From Octopus sinensis (lineage: Eukaryota): DNA of 64,000 bases. The notes beneath the pieces were generated by a model. It was not told the origin of the DNA. It worked only from the letters and a program-made list of their open reading frames with translations, and searched no databases. Location: assembly GCF_006345805.1 (NCBI RefSeq), contig NC_043007.1, positions 64,728,001 to 64,792,000 on the forward strand, given 5' to 3'. Position 1 is the first letter of the stretch. Each line of letters starts with the position of its first letter. Of this stretch, positions 11,421 to 23,402 are shown piece by piece. Both the position numbers and the translations under genes were made by a program.

Positions 11421-11769
11421 TTTTGTAAGTAGCTAGCTTATTGATACTTTATCTCTAGCTGCATAGGTTTCTCCATGATTAGCAACGTTCCTATGTAACT
11501 ACCAATCTGCTTAACCTAATTGTCAGCTTACCTACCCACCTATTATTTAGTTGTTTTGCTATCAGTCTGTCTTGCTGTCTATCTTGTTATAAAATACCAA
11601 CTTACCTATCTTACAACCTGCATAAGCGCTTGTCTATTCTACTATCGTACTTACTACTATAGCTATCTTACCTATCTATCAATGTACTCTAAATAACCCG
11701 TCCATTTATTTACCACCCACCTGCTTGCATACATGTATGCATACTCTTTCTCTCTCTCACACACACACG

Positions 11770-11837
<68 letters not shown>

Positions 11838-11954
11838 TACATCGGTATCAAGTGTTCTAAATTGTAAGGACACACAGGATAGTATAGTTCTAGATATATT
11901 GTATAGCAAAAGATATCCGATCAAAAAACGCCACCACAACCATAGCTGCTGCTG

Positions 11955-11997
<43 letters not shown>

Positions 11998-12104
11998 ATA
12001 TTCACAACGATACCCCCTTCAAATCACACGTTACTCTTTTACAAAGGAAGGACACATTGAATAATGTAGTCCTCATAAGAAAGAGAAAAATGCGGTTAAG
12101 CAGA

Positions 12105-12222
12105 AGAGACCGATAGAATAAGTACCAGCCTTCAAAATATAAGCACTCGGCTCGATTTGTTCGATCCCTTCAAGTCTGTGCATCAGCATGGCCGCAGTCC
12201 CATGACTGAAACTGAAAAAAAT
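12105..12222 (+). mobile_element. 3' half of SINE with LINE-derived tail
   Basis: GACCGATAGAATAAGTACCAG body, then CAGCATGGCCGCAGTCCCATGACTGAAAC tail shared with the CR1-like 3'UTR at 54424-54463. Confidence 0.6.
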
Positions 12223-12512
12223 AATTTACCGATCTGTCTCTGTCTAAATTGGGAACTATGCCCCCCCCTCTTGCTCTTGCTCCACCACCACTAATACATC
12301 ATTGATTTGAACATAAAAATATGAGGTTCAAAGCAGGTTATCTTCTGGCATTTCAACAATAAAAGATATTATACACACCTGTCGATATCTAGTACTTGGA
12401 ATACATACACACACACGCGGGCGCGCAGGCACGCACGCACAAACACGCACACACGCCCAATCCTCACACACATGTAAAAATTACCGTTTTATCTTCATAC
12501 ATAGGCAACTCA

Positions 12513-12930
12513 AGGCGGCGAGCTGACAGAAACGTTAGCACGCCGAGCGAAATGCCTAGCAGTATTTTGTCTGCCGCTACGTCCTGAGTTCAAATTCCGC
12601 CGAGGTCGACTTTGCTTTACATCCTTTCAGGGTCGATTAAATAAGTACCAGTTACGTACTGGGGTCGATATAATCGACTTAATCCTTTTGTCTGTCCTTG
12701 TTTGTCCCCTCTGTGTGTAGCCCCTTGTGGGCAATAAAGAAATAAGAAACGTTATCACTCCGGGCGAAATGCTTAGCGATATTTCGTCTTTCTTTATATA
12801 CTGAGTTCAAATTCCGCCGAGATCGACTTTGCCGTTCATCCTTTCGGGGTCGATAAGTTAAGTACCAGACCTAATCGACTGGCCTCTCCTCCCCCAAAAT
12901 TTTGGGCCTTGTGCCTAGAGTAGAAAACAA
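12513..12930 (+). mobile_element. Two tandem tRNA-derived SINE copies (full plus 5'-truncated)
   Basis: GGCGGCGAGCTGACAGAAACGTTAG (A box), GAGTTCAAATTCC (B box), central GTCGACTTTGC..TCATCCTTTC.GGGTCGAT..ATAAGTACCAG domain and AATAAAG tail. The second copy begins at ~12745. Confidence 0.85.
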
Positions 12931-13565
12931 TATATACTCCCATGTATGCGCACGTTTATTTTGTGTAATATCAAAACAGCTGAATATTAAACCGAAGAAT
13001 CACTCAATACTTTTTACTAGAGCTCCAAATTTATCAATTTTTACAAGGAAATATTTGCCAGTGAGTTCGAAGTTTCAGCTTACTAACCATCATCAGTCTG
13101 TTAGCTAGCAAAACGAAACTTCAAAGTCACTGTCAGCCTTGTATATGTGTGCATGTGTATGTGTGTGTGTATGCGTATGTGTGTGTATACACACATACAT
13201 GCATAGATACACATAATACTGTATAGCATTTATTATTGTCCAGTAAAAAAATTTGATTAATGTACACACACTCACACACTCACCTGTATATGTATTTGTG
13301 TGTATGTTTTTACATATGCATGTAAATTAGGTAAATACATAACTAGCTTCTTTGATAGTATATTAAATATTTCTGCATAAAGATATTGATGTACTGATGG
13401 ATAAATAGATAGATGAACTGTTTAATTGACGGTAACTTAAACGTACTAACATACTATAGAAATATTGTGAAACGAACAGATATTCAGTTAAATACACACA
13501 CACACAAATATACATATACATACATATTCATATATATATATACATATATATATGCATATATGTCT

Positions 13566-13606
<41 letters not shown>

Positions 13607-14439
13607 CATGCATATATATATACATACATATATATACACTCACACATATATACATATATATCTACATGTATATATACATATATATCTACATATATATACA
13701 TATTTAATAATGTAATCTAAGATACATCTCAAAAGACTGGTGGCCATAGGCCTGCTCAATCAGAGTTGACCTAAATGAGAAAGAAGTTATGCAACAAAAA
13801 CATTGAAAGGACTTATCAAGGGCCGAAACTCTTGGTTTCCCCGCAGATGTTTTACTGTCCATGAACAAGAGAGGGAAGCTCATCCTTTAATGTTTAATTA
13901 TTTATTAATCCAATAAACACTTATTAGAAAGAAAACAGATAGTTGGATGACAACATTTAATCACGCCTATTTATCTTCTGAGTTTAAATCCAATAGTTCA
14001 TATGACTTGAGTTTGCCTTTCATATCCCTAGAGGTGGAGTAGGGGTGAAATAGTAACACTCAAGTGCTGGGAGTGATTAGGTCGAATCAGTCATTTCACG
14101 CCACCTACCCATCTCAAGACAGGAGACGAAGTTTTTGGCATGGAGCCGAAGTATAGAAATCATTTATTAGATTTATTAGGTGGGAGTATAGATGACCGAA
14201 TTATCGAACGTCATATTAAATGAATTACGCATACTGTAGGAAAGGAACTTACATATGTAAATTTGGTGAGTTGAAAATATCGACTGAGCTTACCCAAGTA
14301 ATTAACAGATAAAAGCTCCCTCTAGGGTGCATTTTCTTTCGGCTTTATAGCAAATGAATTCCGATTATTTACTCAGTTTCTTCTTGGTTCTATGTTTAAA
14401 TCCTGCAGGGGTAAAATTAAATTTTAAAAAAATAAGTGT

Positions 14440-14825
14440 TTCAAGTATTGGCACACGGCCAACAATTTTAGAAGGAAGTGGGTTAGTCGATTACATCAAC
14501 CCCAGTGCTTCACTGCTACCTTACTTTATCGACTCCGAGAGAATAAAAGTCAAAGTTCGTTGACCTTGTCGGTATTTGAATTCAGAACGTAAAGAGCCGG
14601 AAGAAATCTATATTTTCTCTGATATACTGACGATTCTACCAGCCCGATGCCTTCAATAATAATCCTTTCTACAATAGGCACAATGCCTAACATTTTGGTG
14701 GAATTGCCTCAATGATTACATCAACCCCACAGTTCATCTGGTACTTGTTTTATCGACCTCGAAAAGAAGAAAGGCATTGTCGACTTCGGTGGAATTTCAA
14801 CCCAAAGCGTTAAGAGCTGGAAAAA
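14440..14825 (-). mobile_element. Two older copies of the same SINE family
   Basis: Reverse complements of the central domain (TTTATCGAC..CGA.AG.AT.AAAG.CA..GTCGAC) and of the B box (ATTTGAATTCAGAACG). Confidence 0.65.
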
Positions 14826-15107
14826 TTATGATAATGATGGTTAATGTGGTATTTACGGTGGGAAAGTAGCAGTGAAAATAACGGTAATAGTGACAGTATG
14901 CATGTAATTGTGGTAGTATGTACATAAGTGTGGTAAGTACGCAAGTACTGGAGATGGCTGTAATGGGGGTATGCAAGTAGGGTATGAGGTAATTTTCGAC
15001 TATTCAAGAATGAGTGACAGTATAAGAAAATAGAAACAAAAAGAAATGGAAATGAAATCTTCAAGATGTGGAATGGAATTGAACGGAAGAGCTGAGAATA
15101 TCGCATA

Positions 15108-15300
15108 TCATTTACTTTTTTAGTCATTGGACTGCGATCGTGCTGGGACACCGCCCTAGAAGGTTTATTCAAACAAGTCGCCCCAAGTAATTATTTTTGA
15201 AGTCAAGTACTTATTCTATGGCCCCCTTTTCTCTAACAGCTAAGCTATGAGAAAGTAAACAAACTAACACCGGTTGTCAGACGCGAGTGGTTACAGGTAC
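15108..15300 (-). mobile_element. 3' part of CORE-type SINE with LINE-like tail
   Basis: Reverse complement reads GGCGGTGTCCCAGCACGATCGCAGTCCAATGACT; the body matches 12105-12222. Confidence 0.6.
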
Positions 15301-15319
15301 GGAAAAAGCAAACCACGCA

Positions 15320-15355
<36 letters not shown>

Positions 15356-15409
15356 CGTGCTATAGCTTAGCTGTTAGATAAAAGGGGACCATAGAATAAG
15401 TACTACATT

Positions 15410-15442
<33 letters not shown>

Positions 15443-16221
15443 ATGTGTTTGTGTATGTATGTGTGTATGTATATATGTATATATATATGTATATATATAT
15501 TTATACACACGCACAGGTGAACACATAAATGCAAAACAAGGTGGAAAAAGTAGTACCCGAATACCAAAAGTAGAGTAATAAACTTATAATTACAACTGTC
15601 CGACGAACGGGAACTCTGAATATCAGTTCTGTAATAATTTTTGAAGCTTTAATATGTAGAATAATGTAATCTAACCGGTGTTAGATTACATTATTCTCGT
15701 TTTCTAGACCCGTTTAATTATTGGGATGGGTTTAATATGAGATTGAAGTTGATTTGTGCATTAGAAACTAATACATAAGCACAAATTCACGCAAATCTAC
15801 ACACACGAGCACACACGCGCTGGTGTGGTCTTTGTTGGGGTTAACAATAATGAAAAATACATGTTATCGAGTATATTCATTTGTATGAAACATTTAGCGC
15901 ACACCAAACACCGTTACTCAGAATTTCTCTCGCGAAGCGATGTTGTGATCTCTTAGGCGAGGAAAAAAAAAAGAATCAAAATTACCAGTAATCATTATTT
16001 CTAACTTTGACGCGAAGCCAGTGATTGTTGTGAGAAATGCGCATCGAGTTAATCAATCCGGTACTAAACTGATATACATCTTATCAGTGCTCAGGAAAGA
16101 AGAAGCAACGTCGACCTGTGTAAGGCTTGAACGGAGAACGTAAAGGAACATAACTTATTACTACAAGACAGTTTGTTCAGTACTTTACTCATACTACCAT
16201 CCACCGCTCTTCTTCTCATTT

Positions 16222-16417
16222 TCTGATTTAGGCACGAGGCCAACGATTTTCAGGTTAGTCGATACCATCGACTCTAATACTTGACAGGCACTTTATTTTA
16301 TCGACCCCGGAGTAGTGAACGGCAAAGTTGACTTCGGCGGGATTTCAACTCAGAATGAACAGAACAAATACTGTAAATAGTTTTCCCAATGCACCAACGA
16401 CTTTTACTAGCATCCTT
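16222..16417 (-). mobile_element. Older SINE copy, head-to-head with the young copy at 16437
   Basis: Reverse complement of the central domain and B box (TTTTATCGACCCCGG...GGCAAAGTTGACTTCGGCGGGATTTCAACTCAGAA). Confidence 0.65.
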
Positions 16418-16436
16418 CAACAATAATAATGGTGTT

Positions 16437-16670
16437 AAAGGCGGCGAGCTGGTAGAATCGTTAGCACGCTGGGCGAAATGCTTAGCAGTATTTCGTCTGC
16501 CGTTACGTTCTGAGTTCAAATTCCGCCGAGGTCGACTTTGCCTTTCATCCTTTCGGAGTCGATTAAATAAGTACCAGTTACACACAGGGGTCGATGTAAT
16601 CGACTTAATCCTTTTGTCTGTCCTTGTTTGTCCCCTCTATGTTTAGCCCCCTGCGGGCAATAAAGAAATA
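16437..16670 (+). mobile_element. Full-length young tRNA-derived SINE with 15-bp target-site duplication
   Basis: A box TGGTAGAATCGTTAG, B box GAGTTCAAATTCC, central domain resembling the MetaSINE domain as I recall it, and AATAAAGAAATA tail. TSD AATAATAATGGTGTT at 16422-16436 and 16671-16685. Confidence 0.92.
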
Positions 16671-17924
16671 AATAATAATGGTGTTGTTTAGCCCCATACC
16701 GTTTTCTTTTTTTCAAAAATAGTATATTATAGCCAGACTAAAGTGTTACCCGACAGATGACAGTTAATGCTGGGGATATATACTTTTATTTCCGAGAGTA
16801 ATATTTCATAAGTATAACAATTATCGTTACTTTTTTTTTTTTATCAAATTTCACACAATCCTTTTACAAAATGTTAGCGCAATGTTGCCAAATTATTAAG
16901 AAATTCGATTTGTGGCTATGAGATTCCGTGTTCAATCCTTCGGCAGGCCATCTTGGACAAATTTCGTTCTCTATTGTCTCAAATCAGTAAAATTGGGCAG
17001 ACAATATCTATAATCCAAAAGATATAGCCTTATCATACACTATCAAATTGATTCTGCTTGAGAATTGCGTTTGTCATACACGTTTCTGTGGAATGCTCTG
17101 CCACTTACACCTTAATTTAGGAGCAAACAAGCCCTGAGTCCTCACAGAGATCCACCGTCGCCATGCAATATAATGAAATGAATACTAATTCTCAGAATAA
17201 ATCTGTTTAAAAATTAGAATAAAATGAAATATACTAATGTTTTAAATTTGTATATTTGTAGTCACTAAAAAGTTTTCGATGAACTAATTATGTTAAATAT
17301 TGATTATTTCCATAATGTAGTGTGGCATTTTTAGCGTGACCAAGCAATCATCGATGAGTGTAATTAATATCGATGCTCCGATCTGTGCCTCCTTGTAAAG
17401 ACAGTGGAGCTTGATACAAAGGAAATCTGGCTTCTAATTCTAGCAAGCAAAAAATTACCAGGTAGGAAACGATAGATTAAATTGGCTCAGTGTTTTGATT
17501 GGTGCTTATTTTATCGACCACCAACAAAATCGACCGCGGTGAGATTTGAACTGTGACTGGAAGACCAAGTTTCGGACATTCAAATGCGGCCATATTGGGG
17601 CATCACTTTCAAGGGTTTTAGTCAATTATGTTGTCACCAGTATTTATTTTGTACATAATTTATCGATATATAATTATCGAATAGCAAACTTACGCTTTGA
17701 CATGTGTTTATAACCAACGAACATTTACTGGTGAAAGGACTCAATACATTTAGTAGAGTCAAACTTGAAGTTGCAGACAAGCTAATGCACATACAGTTAT
17801 TCTATCAGCTGTGTAACCTACTCATGTAAGTGACTGACCATTCGACAGCTACGAGTAACTTTAAAGTAATTCTCAGGTACATTCAGTGTGTCAGTGCGTG
17901 ACACCTTTTGAATTACAGGTGCAA

Positions 17925-18087
17925 TCCATCCGATGAACTCATAAAGTTTGCATCTATCCAGCTTCACTCGCAAATTATAGGTCGACCCGAGGCTAAAATG
18001 GGACATTTGCCCAAGATGCCGCGCATTGGGATCGAGCTCAAGGCCTTTTGGTTGCAAAGTGAACTTCTTAACCAGTATTGTCATACT
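17925..18087 (-). mobile_element. Diverged CORE-type SINE
   Basis: Reverse complement has GGTTAAGAAGTTCAC...GAGCTCGATCCC...CATCTTGGGCAAATGTCC...AGCCTCGGGTCGACC. Confidence 0.6.
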
Positions 18088-18134
18088 GCTCTCTTTCTCT
18101 CTCTCTCTCTCTTTCTCTCTCGCTCACACACACA

Positions 18135-18177
<43 letters not shown>

Positions 18178-19516
18178 TTTTGATATTGTATCTGATGACA
18201 GTTGCTTCACTCTTTAGATGTGGTTTAAGAGATTTGGCTTCTATTGAAAAGAATACTATGTGCATTATTGAAATACGCAAGAATTATTACAGAATATAGT
18301 TTTCATGTATAATATTACTGAAACTATTACATGTGAGGCATGGGTTTTCCTAGATTATTGTATAATCCCTAGGTCATTTCTGACACTTTAGTGATTCCAT
18401 TAGGTACGATTGTTTCATTGGAAAAACCTACAATTTATTACAGAGAGGGAGCGCTAAGCAGTGATAAGTAAAATTGTAATATTATTATAAGTCCGAATAT
18501 GCTTGAAACACGTTCGAACCTCTGTGTGTGTGTGTGTGCGCTCTGTTTGCTCTCTTATACTATCGGACAGTTAGTGTAATCCATTTCTTCGAAACCATTT
18601 AAAGTGATAAAATATGCTGTACAAATTGGTGGAACTTACACTGAGCAGAGTGAATATTATTATTGAAGTACCAAAACAGTGTATGTTATAAATAAACGAA
18701 TGTACAAACTGAAGTTCATAAGTATTCAGTATGGCTGTGAAATTAGGCCCACAAGGAGTAAGATCGAACTAACCGGTTTTATTGTTATGTAACAGTTGAT
18801 CTCTTCCTTCAAAAGATAATATAACCGAGGCTTACACATTAAAATGTAAACTAGCATATGATAAGGTACAAACTTATGTTTTAGTAGGTAACACACTACG
18901 CGCAACAAAATACAAATCTCGGATTTTTTTTACTTGTTATCTACTTACTACACAAATTACTCGCCTGGATATCCTGTTCTTTTACAATTGTATAACTCAT
19001 AATGCATGACCATAATTCACACATCATTTAACAGTTTTTAGAGCGTACTTGCTGGTTTGTAGCAACTCTCTGAGCTCCGAGTCTAAATCTTGACAAGGGT
19101 TAACTTATCCTGTCTTCCTTTTGGGGTTCGATAAAAAACAAAGTACCAGTCCAAGGTGGGCTATTGGTAGAGTTGTTAGAGTGCCAGGCGAGGTGTCTTG
19201 CAATATTTGTTCTGGTTTTTGCTTTCTCAGTTCAAAACCTGCTATGGCCTACATAGTTGTAGAAAATGTGTGGATCAGTTTAACAGCCACCACTGCTACT
19301 TTGGTGTTTTAAGCGGAATTCAGACTATTGTTGGTATTCGGGCCACTCCTCCGGTTTGAGGATACTTTTCCTCCCTTTCTCTCACTAGTCACAAAGGTCT
19401 TGCAAAAATAAAGGATTAAGGCGCTGCCCTTTTCTCGCTAGCTAAATGTATATACACATACCTCACAGGTATGTCAAAATTCACACCGAACTCTCACCCA
19501 TCAGTTTCATGATCCT

Positions 19517-19702
19517 TTTCTACTCTGGGCACAAGGGCCGAAATTTTGTGGGAGGGGGCCAGTCGATTAGATCGACCCCAGTACACAATTGGTACTTAAT
19601 TTATCGACCCCGAAAGGATGAAAGGCAAAGTCGGCCTCGGCAGAATTTGAACTTAGAAAGTAAAGACAGACGAAATACCGCTGGCATGCTAACGTTTCTG
19701 CC
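19517..19702 (-). mobile_element. tRNA-derived SINE copy
   Basis: TTTATCGACCCCGAAAGGATGAAAGGCAAAGTCGGCCTCGGCAGAATTTGAACT is the reverse complement of the central domain plus B box. Confidence 0.8.
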
Positions 19703-19734
19703 ATCTGATAATTGTACACTAGGCACATACATCA

Positions 19735-20178
19735 CAACCATATGTGCTCCACATGGTGATCACATATCAAGGTAAAAAGCGCATGACCTTGCAAGTGGGG
19801 CCCAGTTAGAATTTTCTTCAGGTCGAGTAGCCCATCCCGCTCAAAAGGTCCTTGAACAAGGATTGTTCAAGTTGTTGAACAAAACACCCATGTTTCCAGA
19901 GGTGAATTATACAAACTCCAAAGAATTCCTCTCAGCACATGGCTATAATGCTCCCCCACTACTTATGCTCGTGATGAGAGATGCATATATTGTCAGTCGC
20001 TAAGAGACATACTCAACTGGTTAAGGTCAAACAACTGACCAGCAAATCTGTGGTATTGAGCAGAATATTTGCAGTAGCCCATCTTTTATACCAAGACAAA
20101 ACATGTACATGATAACACTTCCAGTCAGTTAAGATCAGAAGCCATGAGAGCCAGCACCTGGTACTGCATCAGGGCAAT
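19735..20178 (-). mobile_element. Interspersed repeat (family of 9000-9465), abutting an (ATT)n tract
   Basis: Extended reverse-complement similarity to 9000-9345; adjacent to (TAT)n at 20185-20240. Confidence 0.7.
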
Positions 20179-20181
20179 TAC

Positions 20182-20238
<57 letters not shown>

Positions 20239-21006
20239 CATTGGCTTGTTGAGGGAGAGTGCGTGCATTCAGGATATATATATATATATATATCGTAAAG
20301 GGGTTAGGAAATTAATGATAAATTTACAAGCAGCCCAGCAATTCTTAAAGAGGCATCGTCCACAAGCACAAAACGCACGTTCACTCGCCCATATTTTATG
20401 CGTTCTGAGATCGACACGCTTATACAGTTCTGCTTTCTCACTATTCTATGAAATAATATTTTGTCTTTTTCTTCAATTATCAACAAATAATAGAATACTA
20501 TCTCCGGATAATAGTATAAACGAACAAATGAAAGTAACAAAACAAAATAAAACTGTTCTAATCTAATAAATACGTAGAAAAAACATAAGTTTAGAGTGAT
20601 GCTCTGGATGTAGGTGTTAAGTATTGCTAACGTGTCTTCACTTTACGGTTTGCAGAAAGCAACAGCTGCATAATCTATTCCTATCTACTCATGTAAAAAG
20701 GATGAAAAAGTACTAAGGGAGGGAAAGGGTGTTTATGTGTGTGTGTGTGTGTGTGTGGTGTGTGTGTGTGTGTGTGTGTGTGCGTGCGCGCGCGCGTGTC
20801 CATGCACATATTTATACATTTATATATATACATACATTTATATATATACACGCACACACATTTTCTCCCACATACTTGTATTACACATCACACACACATT
20901 TTTATATTTCAGGATGATAATTTTTTTTCTTACCAAATAAACACACGCACTATATATTCGTTCTTTACTAGTTTATCACTGTTCTTATTTTATCTAATGT
21001 CCGTTG

Positions 21007-21047
21007 TCCGGAAATCTTTCATCACACATCTGTACCTCTTCAGCGAC
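21007..21047 (-). ncRNA. Degenerate type I hammerhead in PLE arm 1
   Basis: Reverse complement reads GTCG-CTGAAGA-GGTACAGATGTGTGAT-GAAA-GATT-TC-CGGA. Confidence 0.45.
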
Positions 21048-22245
21048 CCTTTCCATCCACATGTATCCTGCTCCGTTTAATCCATTTTGTCCGTCTATGA
21101 TGTGTTTCCTTATCTGCACATGTGGCTGCGTCTGTAACTATGTATGTGCGTGTGGGTGTATATGTGTGTATGTGTGTGTGCGTACGTATGTCTATGTGTT
21201 GCACATATGTGTGTATAGGGGCTTCCCACTGCATTGTTTATATCCGTGCCCTTTATATTGTTGTTCTTAGTGGTACTTTGACCCTCCCCTCACCTACATT
21301 TTCTCCCCCACCGCTGCTGTTGCTGCTCTTGACCCTTACTTTTGATATTGTTCTTGTATCCCTCTGTGTCTGTTGTTCGTTCACGCCGCTGCCGTCGTGG
21401 TTGTTGCTCTTGTGGCTATTAGTGAAGTTACTGTATGTGTGTTTGTATGTGTATATGGGTTTGCATACTATACTGTTTGTACCCGTGCCCTTTATGCAGC
21501 TTTCATTTTGTTTACCTATGTATCTCTATTATATTTATCATAGGTACGTGCATGTTTTTTTTTGTGTGTGTTACACCGTTTGTATCTGTGTTTTTTTTCT
21601 TTTCTGTCTTTAGTCGTCGTGTTGCATGGTATGGTGTTAATGGGTATTATTATTCCATTCGTGTTTCTTGTTGAAGTTCAGTCTATTTATTACTATGTGT
21701 GTGGCTTCTGTAATCTAAGTGATGTGTTAGTTCTATGCGTTGATAATACCTTAACCTCTATATTATTAACCGAGCATGCATGTTGGTAGAGCACTGACGA
21801 GCTTTTCTTCTCCCGCCAGTGTTCGCCTATTCGTTCCCCTATACTGCGTGCCGACTCCCCATTGTAAGTTGTTGTCTTGTTTCTGCATCGTCCTTCAGTA
21901 AATCGTACTATATATGTTGTATGTCAACGCAACGGCGGAGGAGAAAACGTAGGTGAGGGGAGGGTAAAAGTACCACTCAGAACAACAATATAAAGGGCAC
22001 GGATAAAAACAATGTAGTGGAAAGCCCATATACAAACACATAAGCACATATGTGAAACACAAACGCGCGTACACACGCACACACACATATACACACACTC
22101 TCTCTCTCTCACACACAAATACATACATGCACACACACACACACACACGGAGTTACAGACGCAGCTACATGTGCAGATAAGGAAATGCATCATAGAAGGA
22201 CAGAACGGATTAAGCAGAGCAGGAGGACACACGTGGAGAGAAAGA

Positions 22246-22290
22246 GTTGCTGAAGAGGTCACAGATGTGTGACGAGAGATTTCCTGACAA
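22246..22290 (+). ncRNA. Degenerate type I hammerhead in PLE arm 2
   Basis: GTTG-CTGAAGA-G-GTCACA-GATG-TGTGAC-GAGA-GATT-TC. It has a perfect 6-bp stem II, but GAAA is mutated to GAGA. Confidence 0.45.
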
Positions 22291-22467
22291 TGGATATTAG
22301 GAAAAATAAGAATAGTAATACACGAATGAAGAACGAATATATAGTGCGTGTGTTTATTTGGCAAAAGGAGAAAAAAATGACCATCCTGAAATATAAGAAT
22401 ATATGTTTCAACACACAGTTTCACAACGGGAATCTTGCAACAGAAATTCATAAACATACATACATAC

Positions 22468-22528
<61 letters not shown>

Positions 22529-22825
22529 AATTGAGATAGGGGTTGTAAATGCAACCCTCCATGGGATAACATATATCCATATACTGCTAGTGAAGTACCC
22601 AACAAAGTTAATACATAAATGTTAAGGATTGCAATGCAATCAATTCATTTACTGTATTATATGGGCAAAGGTAAAATGATTTACCACAAATTACTAATAC
22701 AAGATAAGAAAATGGAGAAATACATCTAAATCAAATATCAATTACCAGATAATACTCAATCACATACTTTATTAAACCACCACATAAGAGACTGTAGGGT
22801 TAACATAAAAAAGCAGAACAAATCA

Positions 22826-23087
<262 letters not shown>

Positions 23088-23314
23088 CGTGCGTATCACT
23101 TAGGTTTGCGAGAGAGGGGTGACCTCCCTTTGAAAATACCATAAGGGCAGAGAAAGTGTGCCTAAAGCCAGCTGGAGACGATGATCTCCTGGGGTTAAAA
23201 GCTACAGTAACACCCACCCTTAGTGGTTAGCCATATTGAGATGGCTAGTATACTTTACGTATATATATATAAAAATATATATATAATATATATATAATTA
23301 TATATATAATATAT

Positions 23315-23346
<32 letters not shown>

Positions 23347-23352
23347 ATAATA

Positions 23353-23402
<50 letters not shown>

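Larger units (their letters stand above)
20895..22405 (-). mobile_element. Penelope-like element remnant with inverted pLTR arms flanking a GIY-YIG C-terminal fragment
   Basis: 20895-21322 and 21925-22405 are diverged inverted copies. The spacer minus strand (21650-21905) reads CRNKTTTYNGESARSIGERIGEHWREKKSSSVLYQHAC...IEVKVLS (YxGES...ERxxEH GIY-YIG signature). Each arm has a hammerhead-like core. Confidence 0.75.

Noticed and set aside
12513-12610. tRNA-like heads with A and B boxes
   Set aside because: They are SINE heads with no complete cloverleaf or acceptor stem, so they are not called tRNA genes.
18755-18800. Possible 33-nt minus-strand micro-exon (ttttgaag|GAAG...ACCG|gttagt)
   Set aside because: Only splice-like dinucleotides; no recognisable protein and no neighbouring exons.
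21794-21830. CTGACGAG, plus CTGATGAG at 23461 and 29987, as hammerhead starts
   Set aside because: No paired stem II closing onto GAAA and no stem I/III complementarity.
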